This document shows positions 44,901 through 56,830 of a DNA stretch of 64,000 nt, in pieces. Below the pieces are notes generated by a model, which did no database searches, was not told where the DNA came from, and worked only from the letters and a program-made list of their open reading frames with translations. The stretch comes from Anaeromyxobacter sp. GTDB taxonomy: Bacteria > Myxococcota > Myxococcia > Myxococcales > Anaeromyxobacteraceae. Made by a program: the position numbers and the translations under genes. Location of the stretch: assembly GCA_049840735.1 (NCBI GenBank), contig JASGJN010000013.1, positions 480,001-544,000 of the forward strand, given 5' to 3'. Each line of letters begins with the position of its first letter. The stretch's first letter is position 1.

Positions 44901-46589
44901 GCGGCAGCACTCCGGGCCGGGCTCGAGGAGGTTGCCCTCCGGGCCGACCGCGGTCTCCACCGCCATGATGATCTCCTCCCGGATCGCGTCGACCGGGGGG
45001 TTGGTCACCTGGGCGAAGAGCTGCTTGAAGTAGTTGAAGAGCGGCTGCGGGCGCTCGGAGAGGACCGCCAGCGGCGCGTCGTTGCCCATGGAGCCGTTGG
45101 GCTCCACGCCGTCGGAGGCCATGGGCGTGATGATGATCTTCACGTCCTCGGCGGTGTAGCCGAAGACCTCCTGGCGCCGGAGCACGGTCTCGTGATCGGG
45201 CTCGATCACCCGCGGCGGCTTGGGCAGCTCGTCCAGGCGCACCGTGTACCGGTCGATCCACTCGCGGTACGGGTGGGCCTTGGCGATCCGCTCCTTCAGC
45301 TCGTCGTCGTCGACGATGCGCCCCTCGACGGTGTCGACCAGGAAGATGCGGCCCGGCTGCAGGCGGCCCTTCTTGACGATCCGCTCGGGCGGCAGGTCCA
45401 CCACGCCGACCTCGGAGGCCATCACCACCAGGTCGTCGGCGGTGACGTAGTAGCGCGAGGGGCGCAGGCCGTTGCGGTCGAGCAGGGCGCCCACGCGCAG
45501 GCCGTCGGTGAAGGCGATGGACGCCGGGCCGTCCCAGGGCTCCATGATGCAGGAGTGGAACTCGTAGAACGCCTTCTTGCTGGCGCTCATCGACTCGTGC
45601 CGGGTCCAGGGCTCCGGCACCATCATCATCATGGCGTGCGGGAGCTCGCGGCCGGAGAGCGTCAAGAGCTCCAGCACGTTGTCGAACATGGCCGAGTCGG
45701 AGCCCTCGGTGTCGATGACGGTGAGGATCTTCTGCAGGTCCTCGCCGAACAGCGACGACTTCATCATCGACTGGCGCGCGTGCATCCAGTTGATGTTGCC
45801 CCGCAGCGTGTTGATCTCGCCGTTGTGCGAGATGTAGCGGTACGGGTGGGCGCGCGACCAGGACGGGAAGGTGTTGGTCGAGAACCGGGAGTGCACCATC
45901 CCGATGGCCGACACGACCTCGGGGTTCGAGAGGTCGAGGTAGAAGTCCTTCAGCTGCCCGGCGTTGAGCATCCCCTTGTAGACGACGGTCTTGAAGGAGA
46001 GGCTGGGCACGTAGAAGTGCGTGCGGCCCGGGATGGCGGAGCGGGAGACCTTCTTCTCCACCAGGCGCCGGATGACGTAGAGCTTCCGCTCGAAGTTCAT
46101 CGAGTCGGCGCAGTTCTCGCCGCGGGCGATGAAGACCTGGCGGATGACCGGCTGGCTGCCCTGGGCGGTCGGGCCCAGGCTGGCGTTGTCGGTCGGGACG
46201 TCGCGCCAGCCGATGACCGACTGGCCCTCGTCCTTCACCACGTCCTCGAAGATGCGGGTGCAGGCGTCGCGCCCGGCCGCGTTCGGGGGCAGGAAGACCA
46301 TGCCGGCCGCGTAGTGGCCGGGCTTGGGCAGCGTGAAGCCGAGCTTGGCGGCTTCGCCCGCCAGGAACGCGTGGGGCGTCTGGATCAGGATGCCGGCGCC
46401 GTCACCGGTGTTCTTCTCGGCGCCCACGGCCCCGCGGTGCTCGAGGTTCATGAGCACCGTCAGCGCCTTCTCGACGATGTCGTGGGAAGCTCGGCCCTTG
46501 ATGTCGACTACGAAGCCGAAGCCGCAAGCGTCCTTCTCGTTCTGCGGATCGTACAGCCCCTGCCGCGCGGGATAGCCGGTCTCGCTCAT
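41979..46589 (-). CDS. gltB: Glutamate synthase large subunit
   Basis: [59 protein letters not shown]. Confidence 0.97.
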   Translation of the reverse strand: MSETGYPARQGLYDPQNEKDACGFGFVVDIKGRASHDIVEKALTVLMNLEHRGAVGAEKNTGDGAGILIQTPHAFLAGEAAKLGFTLPKPGHYAAGMVFLPPNAAGRDACTRIFEDVVKDEGQSVIGWRDVPTDNASLGPTAQGSQPVIRQVFIARGENCADSMNFERKLYVIRRLVEKKVSRSAIPGRTHFYVPSLSFKTVVYKGMLNAGQLKDFYLDLSNPEVVSAIGMVHSRFSTNTFPSWSRAHPYRYISHNGEINTLRGNINWMHARQSMMKSSLFGEDLQKILTVIDTEGSDSAMFDNVLELLTLSGRELPHAMMMMVPEPWTRHESMSASKKAFYEFHSCIMEPWDGPASIAFTDGLRVGALLDRNGLRPSRYYVTADDLVVMASEVGVVDLPPERIVKKGRLQPGRIFLVDTVEGRIVDDDELKERIAKAHPYREWIDRYTVRLDELPKPPRVIEPDHETVLRRQEVFGYTAEDVKIIITPMASDGVEPNGSMGNDAPLAVLSERPQPLFNYFKQLFAQVTNPPVDAIREEIIMAVETAVGPEGNLLEPGPECCRQLALPTPVLRNEELEKIRGLDGGAASKGLKAVTLPILFRAADGGAGLRRALEDLRWKASECIAEGTNIIVLSDRGHDAGDAPIPSLLAVAAVHHHLIREGTRTRIGLVLESGEPREVHHFALLVGFGASAINPYLTFETIHDQVNLGLIPGPAEAAEKKFVKAVSKGIVKVISKMGISTIQSYHGAQVFEAIGLNQDFIDEYFTWTATRVGGVGIDVIAREARLRNERGYPPERPIFHTSLPAGGQYKYRAGGEHHLFNPETIHKLQYACRSGDYKLFKEYTALVDNQARNLNTLRGLMDLVPNAHPVPIDEVEPVESIMRRFKTGAMSYGSISKEAHEALAVAMNRVGGKSNTGEGGEDPARYVKEPNGDSKNSAIKQVASGRFGVTSNYLVNARELQIKMAQGAKPGEGGQLPGSKVYPWIAKTRHSTPGVGLISPPPHHDIYSIEDLAQLIHDLKNANSKARVSVKLVAEVGVGTIAAGVAKAHADVVLISGHDGGTGASPLTSIKHAGIPWELGLAETHQVLVMNDLRSRIVVEVDGQLKTGRDVIVGALLGAEEFGFATAPLVVLGCIMMRACHLNTCPVGVATQDPKLRARFTGDPAHVVNFMRFIAQEVREYMAALGFRSIDEMVGRSERIEMRRAVDHWKARNLDFSRILFKPTVPRHYGRTCQIPQDHGLDRSLDATTLLDLARPAIEEGKQVRATLPIRNIHRVVGTQVGSEVTRKHGAAGLPDDTIRFHFKGSAGQSFGAFIPKGMTLVLEGDANDYVGKGLSGGRLVVLPPREATFVPEENIIIGNVAFYGATSGEAFIRGVAGERFAVRNSGVQAVVEGVGDHGCEYMTGGRVVVLGPTGRNFAAGMSGGVAYVLDGDGKFAGHCNKEMVSLSRIEDPAEAAAVRALIEKHAALTESQHARRLLDQWTSVVPRLVRVMPNDYRRVLEAQARMRDKGMTQEQAELAAFEENTRDMARVGGN

Positions 46590-46928
46590 CTGTCCCTTCG
46601 TCCGTCGGGAAAGTTGCCAGTCTGTGGGATCGCGACCGGAACCGTCAAGGGCGTGTGCTGCCCTGCGACACCGGGCGCGCCACGGGCCCGCCGGATCCAC
46701 TCCTCCACCCGCTTTGACGCCGCGCCGCCGCCAGCGCAAGGCGATCGCCGACCGCGCGCTGGCGCGCACGACCCGGCGTGGGTCCCCGCGCCGCGCCAGG
46801 CCGCACGGGAGCGCTGGCGCGCAGCAAAGCGGGCCGCCCGCCTCCCTCCACCGCAACCGCCGGACCGGTCGCGTGTTGGAGGGAGCGAGGGCCGGAAGCC
46901 ACCCATCCCCAGGCCCGGGAGGAACACG

Positions 46929-48125
46929 ATGCGCCACCTGACCCTGATCTGCGCGGCCGCCGCCGCCCTCGTCCTCGCCGCCTGCGGCCAGGAGGACACC
47001 AGCAACCCCGCCGACAACGTCCCGGACGCGCCCGCGCTCACGCTCGAGCTGGCGGGCGGCGCCGCCGAGGGGCTCCTGGAGGCCGGCGCGCCGGCCCTGC
47101 TCGCCACCACGCCCGACGTGAACGACGAGCTGGCCGACGCCCGTGAGAAGCTCGCCGCGGTCAACACCGCCGTCCGCTCGCTCTTCGCCCAGGTGGCGGC
47201 GGTCGTGGCCACCGAGGGCGCGCCGGCGCCGGGCCAGGTCACCGTCTACGGGCCGGTCACGCGCTGCGTGGTCGAGGGCGCCTGCGACGCCGGGGGCTCG
47301 GCCAGCTTCAAGCTGACGGTGGCCCGCGCCTTCGGCCGGACCTGGGCCTTCACCCTCACCGCGCAGGTCGGCGACGAGTGGAAGCCGGTGGCCGCCGGCT
47401 GGATGCATCGGGGCGCCGTGGTGCGCCGGGGCGCCGGCCGCGTGGCGCTGAACCTCGAGAACCTCCGCGCCGCCGCGCCGGCCTACACCGGACAGGGCTA
47501 CCTGCTCGGCGCGTTCTCCAGCGGACCGGTGGCCAAGCACCTGCACTACCGCCTGGTGGACTTCACGCCCGACCCGGCGCGCTGGCCGGCCGCCACCGCC
47601 GCCTTCCGCGGCTACAAGACCGAGGCCGGCACCACCCGCGTCCGCGTGGCCGGGGTGAAGGATCTCGTCGGCGGTGAGGACACGGAGCTCGGCATCGCCC
47701 GCGTGGCCTACAACCCGGCGCTGGGCGGCCGCGCCTTCTCCGTGGTGACCAACTACACCGTCGATGGCGTGGCCCACGGCGACGTGCCGGCGGGCGACCA
47801 GGGCCAGGCGCAGTACTGGTTCGGCCGCGCCTGCTATGCGCCCGGCCAGACCACCCCCGCGTTCAAGGAGTGGTTCCTGTGCGACCGCAGCGTGGGCCCC
47901 GCGGCCTGCGTCCTGGCGCAGGGCGGGGTGGGCACGCCGGCGGCCGGCGCCGACGGCGCCACCTGGCAGGACACCTGCGCGCTGCAGACCGAGCCCGCCG
48001 AGTTCGCGCCGCCGGCGGGCGCGCCGGTGGCGGATCCGACCGACGGCTCCGCCGAGGCCGGCGACACCACCGACCCCGGCACGCCGCCCGCCTCGCCCGA
48101 CGACGTGACGCCGCCCGCGGAGTAG
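46929..48125 (+). CDS. Hypothetical lipoprotein
   Basis: [19 protein letters not shown] lipobox; GGAGG RBS; several Cys in the mature part. Confidence 0.75.
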   Translation: MRHLTLICAAAAALVLAACGQEDTSNPADNVPDAPALTLELAGGAAEGLLEAGAPALLATTPDVNDELADAREKLAAVNTAVRSLFAQVAAVVATEGAPAPGQVTVYGPVTRCVVEGACDAGGSASFKLTVARAFGRTWAFTLTAQVGDEWKPVAAGWMHRGAVVRRGAGRVALNLENLRAAAPAYTGQGYLLGAFSSGPVAKHLHYRLVDFTPDPARWPAATAAFRGYKTEAGTTRVRVAGVKDLVGGEDTELGIARVAYNPALGGRAFSVVTNYTVDGVAHGDVPAGDQGQAQYWFGRACYAPGQTTPAFKEWFLCDRSVGPAACVLAQGGVGTPAAGADGATWQDTCALQTEPAEFAPPAGAPVADPTDGSAEAGDTTDPGTPPASPDDVTPPAE

Positions 48126-48142
48126 CCACGGGCAGTGTTCGC

Positions 48143-48177
48143 TCCGCTCGCCCTGAGCTTGTCGAAGGGCGAGCGGA
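48143..48177. repeat. REP-like hairpin between convergent genes (possible terminator)
   Basis: TCCGCTCGCCCT-GAGCTTGTCGA-AGGGCGAGCGGA, perfect 12-bp stem. Confidence 0.7.
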
Positions 48178-48238
48178 CCGGGGAAGGTCATGCAGACCAG
48201 CGGCTGGGCGCCCCTTCCAGGCGCCCGGCCGCCCTGCT

Positions 48239-49132
48239 TCAGCGCTCCGCAGGAGCGCCCGCGCCCTTGGCGGCCTTCGCCCCCTTCTTCCCTTCCTCCA
48301 CCGGCTTCAGCAGCACCCCGCGCTCCTGCGCGCTGGCGGGGTAGCGCGCCGCCACCCGCGGCGTCACGTCGGCCTCGGCCAGAACAGGGGAGGCCTGCTC
48401 GGCCGGCTTCGCGTCCCCCGCCTGCGCGCCGTCCCCGCCGCTCCCCTGCCCCTGCGAGGCTTCGCCTTGCTGCGGTGCGCCAGCGCCCTGCCCCTGCGAC
48501 GCCGCCCCCTGCGGCTGCGCGGCCGCGACGGCTCCCGGCGCAGCGCCCTCCTTCGGCGCCTCGCCCTGCTGCTGCGACGCCTGCGCCACCGCGGTCGGGG
48601 TCTCCAGCGGCACGTACGCCAGCTCCACCGCGGTGGTGCCCTCCGGCACGTTGCGGGCGAGCACGAAGGCGTCGCCCTGGTCGCTCGCCAGCACGCGCTC
48701 CAGCAGGTGGAGTCCGTCCGGGCTGCGGGCCACCAGCCCGTACTGCTTGCCGGAGGGCGCCGTGCCCAGGCCATAGAGGTGGACGCGCACCGCCTTCTGC
48801 GCCGGGTTGGCGATCACCACCCCGCTCTCGGTCGCGTCCGGGGTCGCCGCGTAGAGGACGGAGGTGGCCTGCCCGGCCGTGGACAGCACGTCCTCGTTGG
48901 CACGCGCCTTCACCAGCAGCTGGTCCCGCTGCTGGATCGTCTTCTCGTACTCCTGCAGCTGCCCCTGGGCTTGCTTGAGCTGGATGGCGACCGCGTCCGC
49001 GGCGGTGACCTTCTCCATCCCCCACCAGATGGCGGCGCCGATCAGGAAGATGACCGGCACCACCAGGAGCCACCACAGCTTGCTCGGTCCGGAGCGGTCG
49101 AGCACGCTCCCGAACTGGATGTCGGATGCCAT
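48239..49132 (-). CDS. Membrane-anchored protein, weakly RskA/anti-sigma C-terminal domain-like
   Basis: Single TM, coiled coil, [13 protein letters not shown] segment, Q/G/A-rich linker. Confidence 0.55.
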   Translation of the reverse strand: MASDIQFGSVLDRSGPSKLWWLLVVPVIFLIGAAIWWGMEKVTAADAVAIQLKQAQGQLQEYEKTIQQRDQLLVKARANEDVLSTAGQATSVLYAATPDATESGVVIANPAQKAVRVHLYGLGTAPSGKQYGLVARSPDGLHLLERVLASDQGDAFVLARNVPEGTTAVELAYVPLETPTAVAQASQQQGEAPKEGAAPGAVAAAQPQGAASQGQGAGAPQQGEASQGQGSGGDGAQAGDAKPAEQASPVLAEADVTPRVAARYPASAQERGVLLKPVEEGKKGAKAAKGAGAPAER

Positions 49133-49367
49133 GACGAAAAGGTAGGTGCCCTGGGAAGCAGCGGCGCGGGGCCACCCTGCTCACGCCCGGTGGGCGGGCG
49201 GCCCAGGGGGCCGTCCTTGCTTGCGTGGGCTCGGTACCCCACGAGGTCACCCTGTGAGCACCGGCACGCTTGCCGATGGCGCACCCGGTGCAGGTCGAAC
49301 CTGCGGCGGCATCGCACCGCCCTTCACGCCGAGCGTGGCGAGCTACTCGCCTTCCAGTCCTCGTCGG

Positions 49368-49667
49368 CTACAGGTTCGGGCCCCGTCCTCGCGGAGCACC
49401 CCACACCGCCAGCACGACGACGCGGCCTTGGTCCTCGTCCACCTCGAAATAGACGTGGTTCCGCGTCTTGGGCATGAGCACGCGCTTCGCGGTTCGGCCG
49501 CTGCTGGTGGTGTACGTCACGCCGACGTTGGGGTTGGCGGCGATCAGGTCCCCGACCTGGGCAAGCTCTCTGGCGAAGAGGTCGGCGACGCCGGGACGGC
49601 GTTCCCGCCACCAGGCGTCCATCTCGCTGGCCTGGCGGTCGGCCTCCGGCGTGAAGAGAAGCTTCAC
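49368..49667 (-). CDS. RelE/ParE-family toxin
   Basis: MKLLFTPEA, ANPNVG, NHVYFEV..VVVLAVWG; GTGA overlap with the upstream gene. Confidence 0.8.
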   Translation of the reverse strand: MKLLFTPEADRQASEMDAWWRERRPGVADLFARELAQVGDLIAANPNVGVTYTTSSGRTAKRVLMPKTRNHVYFEVDEDQGRVVVLAVWGAPRGRGPNL

Positions 49668-49888
49668 CGCCGAGCGAGGAGCTTCCTGATGACCGCGTCC
49701 CCGTCCACGAACTGACCCGCCTTCCCCTGGGCCATGCTGCGCTCCAGCGCGGCGTCGAGCCGGGCGCGCTCCACGGGGTCGAAATCGTCGTCGGACGTGA
49801 CGAGCTCGACCTCGCTGCCCTCCGGCAGGTCGGTGGGCTCGTCGAGAACAAGCCGTCCACCCCTGACATGTGCCTTGAGCGCCCGCAT
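49664..49888 (-). CDS. Putative antitoxin
   Basis: 74 aa, GRLVLDEPTDLPEGSEVEL plus a helical tail, directly upstream of the toxin. Confidence 0.72.
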   Translation of the reverse strand: MRALKAHVRGGRLVLDEPTDLPEGSEVELVTSDDDFDPVERARLDAALERSMAQGKAGQFVDGDAVIRKLLARR

Positions 49889-50107
49889 GGTGCCCCCATT
49901 CTAGTCCGCCGTGCTCGCGCCTGCCACCGGTCCCGGGCAGGGTTGGTCAGCCGCCCTCACCGTCCTCGTCGGCCTCCTCGTCCAGCGCGAGCACGTGGGC
50001 CGGGACCAGCCGACCAGCCCGACCCAGAGGTCCGCCGCGCGCGGGCCATTGGTACGCGCCGCGGACCATCGACGGAGCCGGACCACTCGCTGGCCTGCGT
50101 TTCAGGC

Positions 50108-50123
50108 TGGCACGCGCCCTGCC
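50108..50123 (+). promoter_or_regulatory. Putative sigma-54 promoter of the RAYT gene
   Basis: TGGCACGCGCCCTGCC (GG-N10-GC). Confidence 0.5.
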
Positions 50124-50135
50124 ATGCCGGCCGTC

Positions 50136-50751
50136 GTGAGCCCTCCTCGACGCATCGTCGCCGGCACCTCCTACCTGGTCTCCCGGCGCTGCACGCAGCG
50201 GGAGTTCCTCCTCCGGCCCTCCAAGCTCTCGGACCTCATCGTCCCGTTCGTGCTCGCCGTGGCCGCGACCCGCTACGGCATCCTCGTCCACGCGGTCTGC
50301 GTGATGAGCAACCACCTGCATATCGTCCTCACCGACCCCAAGGGCAACCTGCCCGAGTTCAGCCACCTCTTCTTTCGGCGTGGTCGCCAAGGCGCTCAAC
50401 GCGCTCCACGGCCGCTGGGAGAACTTCTGGGCCCCAGACAGCTACAGCGCCGTCGAGCTCGTCTCACCGGACGACGTGGTCGAGAAGATCGCCTACACGC
50501 TCGCCAACCCCGCAGCCGCCGCCGACCTGGTCGAGCACGGCCGCGAGTGGCCCGGCATCTGGACCGCCCCGCGCGACATCGGCGGTCCCGCCAAGCCCGT
50601 GAAGCGCCCTGGCCATTACTTCGTCGAGGAGGGCGCCATGCCGGAGGCCGCGGAGCTGGTGTTCACCGTGCCCGCTGGCTTCGCGTCCGCCGACGACTTC
50701 CGGGCGCGCGTGACCACCCGCGTGCGGGAGCTCGAGGAGGCCGCGGCGTAA
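50136..50751 (+). pseudogene. REP-associated/Y1 (HUH) tyrosine transposase, frameshifted near 50374 and truncated
   Basis: YLVSRRC, VMSNHLH (HUH), ENFW, YTLANP; its TAA lies within an IS66-like end starting at 50748. Confidence 0.8.
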
Positions 50752-50822
50752 CCGGCCGAGGAGAGACGTCTTGACCGAGTCTGTTGCTCTCGTGCGGGGC
50801 GCGACGGTACCCTTTCCTCACC

Positions 50823-51338
50823 ATGTCTGCCTTTCGGGACGAGCCCGGCGAGTACGAGCGCCTCGATTTCAGGCTGCTTCAGAATGGGCCGGTCGTGATG
50901 TACTTCGACCACAGCATCCTTGAGGCCGACATCAAGTGGCTACGGGAGAACGCTTACAGGGTCGATCTCTGCGGCGCGTGCGAGTGGAACACGCCGGACG
51001 GCGCGGTTGCGGCCATTGCCCGGCTACTCGAGTTTCCAGAGTACTTCGGAGGCAACCTCGCCGCTCTTGCCGACTGTCTCGGTGACATACCAGTGGCCGA
51101 CGGCTCAGGGCGCGCGGTCGTTTTCGAGGGATACGATAGAGCTGTGGCGCGCTTGGGCCCGTTCGCATCGGGTCTGCTCGACGTCTTTGCGACAGCGAGC
51201 CGGCGCCACCTTCTTCACGGGCGAAGGCTGATCCTGCTTGTCCAGTCGGATGATCCCCGGCTTTCCCTGGAGCCAGTGGGCGCGTGTCCAGTCTTCTGGA
51301 ATCCTCGCGAATGGCTCAACAAGTCGCGGGGCGTATAG
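50823..51338 (+). CDS. Barstar-family (RNase inhibitor/immunity) protein
   Basis: LEFPEYFGGNLAALADCLGD barstar signature; lower GC than flanks. Confidence 0.78.
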   Translation: MSAFRDEPGEYERLDFRLLQNGPVVMYFDHSILEADIKWLRENAYRVDLCGACEWNTPDGAVAAIARLLEFPEYFGGNLAALADCLGDIPVADGSGRAVVFEGYDRAVARLGPFASGLLDVFATASRRHLLHGRRLILLVQSDDPRLSLEPVGACPVFWNPREWLNKSRGV

Positions 51339-51341
51339 TGC

Positions 51342-52921
51342 CTAAGACGTGTCAGCCAGTCTCGTCGGCGCCCAGTTGTGCGGCAGCAGTTCGTCAATCT
51401 GGGACGCGGGCTGCGTCTGGACGCGGAGCAAGACGTCGACGAGGTAGGTGACCGGGTTGATGCCGTTCACCTCGCAGGTCGCGATGAGCGAGTAGAGGCC
51501 TGCGAGGTTCTCGCCAGCCTCGTCGCTTCCCACGAACAGGAAGTTCTTCCGGCCGAGGGCGGCGACGCGGAGCGCACGCTCTGACGCGTTGTTGTCGATG
51601 GGCAGGTGCGGGTCGGTGAGGAACAGCGTGAGCGCGTCCCAGTTGCCGAGCGCGTAGCTGATCGCCTCGCCGAGCGGTCCGCGCGGCGGATGTCGTCCGT
51701 GCTCCGCTAGTAGCCAGGCCTTGAACTCGTCCATCACGGCCTTGCTCTCGGTCTGCCGGATCTCGAGGTGGTCGGGCGTGCCAAGGAGGTCGCCGTCGAG
51801 CACGGCCCGCTCGATCCGGTACACGTCCAGGATGAAGTCCATCGCCTTCTTGGCGAGTTACCGGGCGCGGTTGGAAACTGGGCGTCAAAGAAGCGGCGCC
51901 GGAGGTGGGCGAGGCAGCCGGCGCGCTCGCGTCGGCCGGGCGCTGTGATCCGGTTGTAACCCGAGTACGCGTCAGCGACGAGCTTGCCTCGCGTCTCTCC
52001 GAGCACCTCGACCGGCGTGTCGCCCGAGCGGCTGTTTGGTGAAGACGTAAGCGATCAGCTCCCGCTCGACCTCGTCGCGGCCGGTGAAGCTCCAGAGCCA
52101 GGCCGTCCGCGTCTTCCCCTTGTCCTGCGGGCGCTGGGTGGTTTCGTCCGCGAGGACGATCTCCTTGCCCGGCGATGAGCTTGAGCAGGCGTTCGTAGAG
52201 CGGCTCGACCCAACTCGGCCGTGCGATCGGAAGAGATCGGCCGAGCGTGGAGTCGTTCACCTGGACGCCGGCGCGGCGGTAGGCCTTCGCCTGCCGGTAC
52301 AGCGGAAGCGAGTCGGCGCACTTCGACACGGCCACCTCGGCCATGAAGTTCGGTCCGAAGCGGGCCTTGTCGAAGACCCTCGTCGGCGACGGTGCGGTGA
52401 TGATGGCCTCGCCGCACCTGCACCGCAGCTTCTCCTGAACGTGGAGCCGACGCTCGACCCTCGCCGGGACCAGCTCGTACTCCTCCGTGACCTTGCCGTC
52501 GCCCAGCTTCGTGAACTCGTGTCCCGCCCGCACTTCGGGCAGACCTTCTGCTCCTCCGGGACCGGGTGCTCGATGCGCGTCGTGACGAGCTGGCGCTTCT
52601 TCTCTGGCGTTCTCGCGACGAAGCCGCTGGGCCGCGATCCGCTCCGCGGTGGCACGCTCCGGGTCACGAATCGCGTCCGCGACGCGCGGCATCTTCTCCG
52701 ACCGCTTCCCGAAGACGTGCCGCTGGAGCTTCTCGACGGTGGCCTGGATCCGGGTAATCTGCTCAGCCTGGTTGGCGGAGCGCCTCGTCCTTGAGCCGGA
52801 TCTCCTCGCGCTGCGTTGCGATGATCTTTTCGGCGGCATCGACTGCGCGGGCCGCGTACCCGAGATCGCTCTCGAGCCGCTCTGCCTTCTCGCGCCACTC
52901 GCACCGATGATCGTCGCCCAT
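51342..52921 (-). pseudogene. tnpC: IS66 transposase TnpC, multiple frameshifts
   Basis: FGKRSEK, DSLPLYRQ, ADAYSGY, CLAHLRRRF, IDNNASERALR, GRKNFLF spread over several frames. Confidence 0.88.
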
Positions 52922-52935
52922 CGCCGAGCATACGA

Positions 52936-53300
52936 TCACGGTGCAATGGGCTTGTCCATGGGACGAGCCCGGGCAGGATCCATCTGGGATGGGGGCTTCC
53001 AGTGCTCCTGCCGCCGAACCCGGCCGTACTCGATCCCGTCGAGCAGCATCGCGAGCTGCGTCGCGTCGATCTCGACGGACATGGCGCTCGGGTTCATGTG
53101 CGGCAGCCGGAACTGCCCGCGCTCGAGGCGCTTGCAGTAGAGGACGAAGCCGCCCTGGTCGAAGGTGAGGATCTTCACCCGGTCGCACCGGCGGGACACG
53201 AAGACGAAGAGGTGGCCGGAGTAGGCGTCCTCCTGCAATTCGTCCCGCACGATGGCCATGAGCCCGTCGATCGACTTCCTCATGTCGATGGGGGCCGAGC
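52936..53300 (-). pseudogene. tnpB: IS66 accessory protein TnpB, 5'-truncated by element 2
   Basis: PIDMRKSIDGL, LFVF, KRLERGQF, LLDGI. Confidence 0.88.
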
Positions 53301-53360
53301 GTACCCGTACGGTGAACCACGTTCCTGACGGTCGGCGGAGCCGGTGGTACTCGACCGGCC

Positions 53361-53687
53361 ATGGCGCGTGAGGGGCGAGAGGTCTGGGCGAAGCGGGTGG
53401 AGCGGTGGGTGGACAGCGGGCTGTCGGCGAAGGAGTTCGCGGCGGAGACGGGGGTCAACGCGAACACGCTCGCCCACTGGCGCTGGCGGCTGGGCGCGGA
53501 CGCCCGTCGGGCGCCGGCCAAGGAGGCGGCGCCGGTGCGGTTCGTCGAGCTCGCGGCGGCGCCTGACGCCGCCGCTCCCGCGTTCGAGCTGGTGCTCTCT
53601 GGCGGCCGCACGGTGCGCGTGCCGCCGCGCTTCGACGGTGCCGAGCTCGCGCGGCTGGTCCGGGTGCTCGAGGGGGCACTGTCGTGA
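53361..53687 (+). CDS. tnpA: IS66 accessory protein TnpA
   Basis: W..SGLSAKEFA..GV..TL.HW HTH, FVEL, RVP. Confidence 0.85.
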   Translation: MAREGREVWAKRVERWVDSGLSAKEFAAETGVNANTLAHWRWRLGADARRAPAKEAAPVRFVELAAAPDAAAPAFELVLSGGRTVRVPPRFDGAELARLVRVLEGALS

Positions 53688-54088
53688 TCCCGGCAGGCGT
53701 GCGGATCTTCCGCGGCGACGGCGCCGGGCGGAACATGCGCCGCGGCTTCGTCGGTCTCGCTGAGGCGGCGCGCGATGGGCTTGGCCACGATCCTGCCGGC
53801 GGCGCGCTCTTCGTCTTCTTCAACAAGCGCAGGGACAAGCTGAAGCTCCTCTGGCACGACCGGACCGGCTGGCGCCTGCTCTACATGGGGCTCGACCGCG
53901 GGTTCTTCCGGATCCCCGACGCCGCGCCGGGCCAGAAGGCGATCACGATTGACGGCCGCGAGCTCGCCGCCATCCTCGAGGGCGTGCAGCTGCCGGCGAG
54001 CAAGACGAAGCCGCGCGACATCGCGGCGAAGGCGCGAGATGCCGCATTGCGGACGGCACGCACGGATAGTAATCAAGCGGGCCGGTGA
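53684..54088 (+). CDS. tnpB: IS66 accessory protein TnpB
   Basis: MRRGF.GL, LFVFFNKRRDKLKLLW.D..G, LAAILEG. Confidence 0.85.
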   Translation: MIPAGVRIFRGDGAGRNMRRGFVGLAEAARDGLGHDPAGGALFVFFNKRRDKLKLLWHDRTGWRLLYMGLDRGFFRIPDAAPGQKAITIDGRELAAILEGVQLPASKTKPRDIAAKARDAALRTARTDSNQAGR

Positions 54089-55802
54089 GCGAGCGCGACC
54101 CGCGAGACGCCGAGATCGAAGCCCTGCGGGCGCAGCTCGCGAGGATGACCGCCAACGGCGGAGGCGCTTGAAGGTTCGCGCCGAGGTGGCCGAGCACGAG
54201 CGGAACGAGTTTTCCGAACGCTCTACCTGCTCGTCACCTACGAGCTGGAGCGGCTCAAGCGCCAGCTCTTCGGGAAGAAGGCCGAGACCGTCGACCCGGC
54301 CCAGGTCCAGCTCGCCTTCGGTCCGGTGCTCGACGCGCTGGAGCGCGCCCGCACCGGCGGCGAGGCCGAGCGCACCGAGGTCGAGGCCCAGCTCGAGAGC
54401 CTCCGCGAACGCGCCCGCGCCGAGGTCGCGCGCCGCAAGGCCGAGAAGAAGGGCCCCAAGCCGCACGGGCGCCGAGACCTCTCGCTCCGGGAGGACCTCC
54501 CGGTCGAGACCATCGTGCTCGAGCCGCCGGAGCGCCTGGTGCCCGGCGGCGAGGCGCTGGTGAAGATCGGCGAGGAGGTGAGCGAGCACGTCGACCACCG
54601 GCCCGCCTCGCTGGTCCGCGTCCGCGTGGTCCGCAACAAGTACCGGCTGCCCGAGGAGGCGCCGGCGCGCGAGGACGGATCGCGCATCGTCATCGCGGAG
54701 CTGCCCGCCCGGCCCATCCCGAAGGGGATTGCCGGCCCCGGCCTCCTCGCGCACGTCCTCGTCTCGAAGTTCGCGGACCACCTCCCGCTGCATCGGCAGG
54801 AGTCGATCTACCGCCGCGCCGGCCTGCGTCTGGCGCGATCGACGCTCTGCGGCTTCGTCCAGGGCACGGTCACGCTGCTCGGCCGGGTGGTCGATGCGAT
54901 GTGGGAGGACGCGAGGGAACGACGGCTCGCTGGATCGGCACCGATGCCACCGGCGCGCTCGTGTTCGCCAAGGAGCAGTGCCGGCGCAACCACTTCTGGG
55001 TGGTCGTCGCCGAGCGCGATCACGTGCTCTTCCGCTTCACCAAGGGGCACGACGGCCAGGTCCCGGGCAAAGCTCTTCGAGGGCTTCCGCGGCTACCTGC
55101 TCGCGGACGCGTCGGCCGTCTACCACGAGCTGTACCGACAGGAGCCCGGAGTCACCGAGGTCGGCTGCTGGGCGCACGCGCGCCGCAAGCTCTTCGACGC
55201 GCTCTCGAGCGACGAGGGCCGCGCCCTGGTCGGCATCGGCTTCATCGGCCTGCTCTACGACGCGCACCGCCTCGCGACGGATCCGAAGACCGGCATCACC
55301 GACGGCGCGCGCCGCCGGGCCGATGCGGCGCCGGTTATCGAGAAGCTCTACGCCTGGATGGCCGCCGAGCGGCCGCGGGTGGACGACGACGCGCCCATCG
55401 CAAAGGCGATGAACTACATCGTGAACCACCGGGTCCCGCTCACGCGCTTCCTCGACGACGGGATCCCTGCGGCTCGACAACAACCCCAGCGAGCTCGAGC
55501 TCCGCCGCGAGGTGGTGGGGCGCAAGAACTGGCTCTTCTGCGGCAGCGACGACGGCGCGCACTGGAACGCCGTCGCCGTCTCGCTCATCGCGAGCTGCCA
55601 GCTCCACGGTCTCGAGCCGTGGGCCTACCTGCGCGACGTCCTCACCTTGCTCCCCGCCTGGCCGGCGACCCGCGTCCTCGAGCTCTCCCCCAAGCACTGG
55701 AAGGAGATTTCCGAGAAGCCGCACACTCAGCAGCTCCTCGCATCCCAGCGCTTGCTCGGTCGCGACACGTCCCACGCCCCGGAGACTACCGCGGCGGCGT
55801 AG
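54085..55802 (+). pseudogene. tnpC: IS66 transposase TnpC, multiple frameshifts
   Basis: KFADHLPLHRQ, GCWAHARRK, DNNPSE, GRKNWLFCGS in different frames. Confidence 0.88.
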
Positions 55803-55835
55803 GGCTCTGCTCGACGCGGTTCACCGGACGGGTAC

Positions 55836-56830
55836 CCGGTTCGCGGGCGTGATCGCGCCGGAGAGGATGAGCCCGGAGTCGAGGTCGGTGGCGATGTGAC
55901 GCTTGTAGCCGTTGAAGCGCATGGTCTTGCTCTTGCGCCCGTGCCGCATGTCCGGGTCCGTCACCGAGACCCGGCGGTCCGGGGCCACGCCCTCGCGGAT
56001 CTTCTTCCCGCCGCCACCAGGATCGGGTTCCAGGTCTTGGTTCATGATCTGCTGCAGCGTCGCGAGGTCATCGCTGAGCGGCGGCTTTGCCAGCTCTGTC
56101 GCGAGGTTCGCGGCCAGCCAGTCCTGAAGGTCTTCCAGTTCGATGACTAGCGCCTTCACCGCCGAGGACTTCTGGACCGGGTCACTCCAGTCACGGTCGA
56201 GCGCTGCCTTGACGCTGGGGGCCAGCAGCAGCGGGGCGCGCGCCTCGCGGCATACCTGCTCCGGCGTCCAGCGCAGGAGATCCGCGGCGCAGTCCACCAC
56301 CCTGCGGGCCGCGTGCGCGAGCAGGTTCAGCGTGTCCTCGACCCGGCCCGCTCCCTCCAGCGGCGCCGAGTCGATCGCCACCCGCAAGGTCTTCGGCAGC
56401 TTCTTCCAGTCGAACTCCTTGGTGACCCTCGCCAGCTCGACCGTGCGGTCCAGCAGCCGCCGGTCCATGTCGTGCGCGATGAGGCGCTCCCGGAACGCCT
56501 GCAGGGCGCCCTGGGAGAAGGGCGGCTCCGTGGCGCCCAGGCAGCCGAGCACCATCTGCCACCGCAGGTCCATGACCGCCGCCTCGACTGCATCGGCGTC
56601 CGACAGACCGAGGTAGGCAGCAACGCCATCGCGAGCTGGGCCGGTGGCCTGGGATCCGATCCGGCGCCGGTGTCCCGGTACATCGCTTCCAGCTCACCCT
56701 GGAACTGATCGTCAAACAGCTCGTGACGGTGCCGGCGCAGGAACCCGAAGAGCTTTCGCTTGGTCTCGAGCCGCTTGAGGATGAACTGCTCCTGCTTCGT
56801 CGGCTCCCGATTCGGCTCCCACCGCTCCAT
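55836..56830 (-). pseudogene. IS1182-like DDE transposase, frameshifted near 56615 and 3'-truncated by IS66 element 2
   Basis: DUF772-like N-terminus (YRDTGAG..PPAQLAMA..SDADAV), AIDSAPL, DPDMRHGRKS..FNGYKRH. Confidence 0.78.

Larger units (their letters stand above)
50748..53300 (-). mobile_element. IS66-family element 1 (left end missing) apparently carrying a passenger gene
   Basis: GTAACCGGCCG... end at 50748 (14/22 match to the IRs of element 2), tnpC and 5'-truncated tnpB on the minus strand. Confidence 0.7.
53301..55835 (+). mobile_element. IS66-family element 2 (both ends present, no target duplication)
   Basis: 22-bp IRs GTACCCGTACGGTGAACCACGT (53301-53322) and ACGCGGTTCACCGGACGGGTAC (55814-55835), 20/22 match; tnpA-tnpB-tnpC order. 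Confidence 0.92.

Noticed and set aside
40512..46928. 2537-aa plus-strand ORF and other very long shadow ORFs (e.g. 4073..8008, 16604..19672)
   Set aside because: Antisense or off-frame open frames caused by high GC opposite recognisable genes; only the terminal lipoprotein part (46929-48125) looks real.
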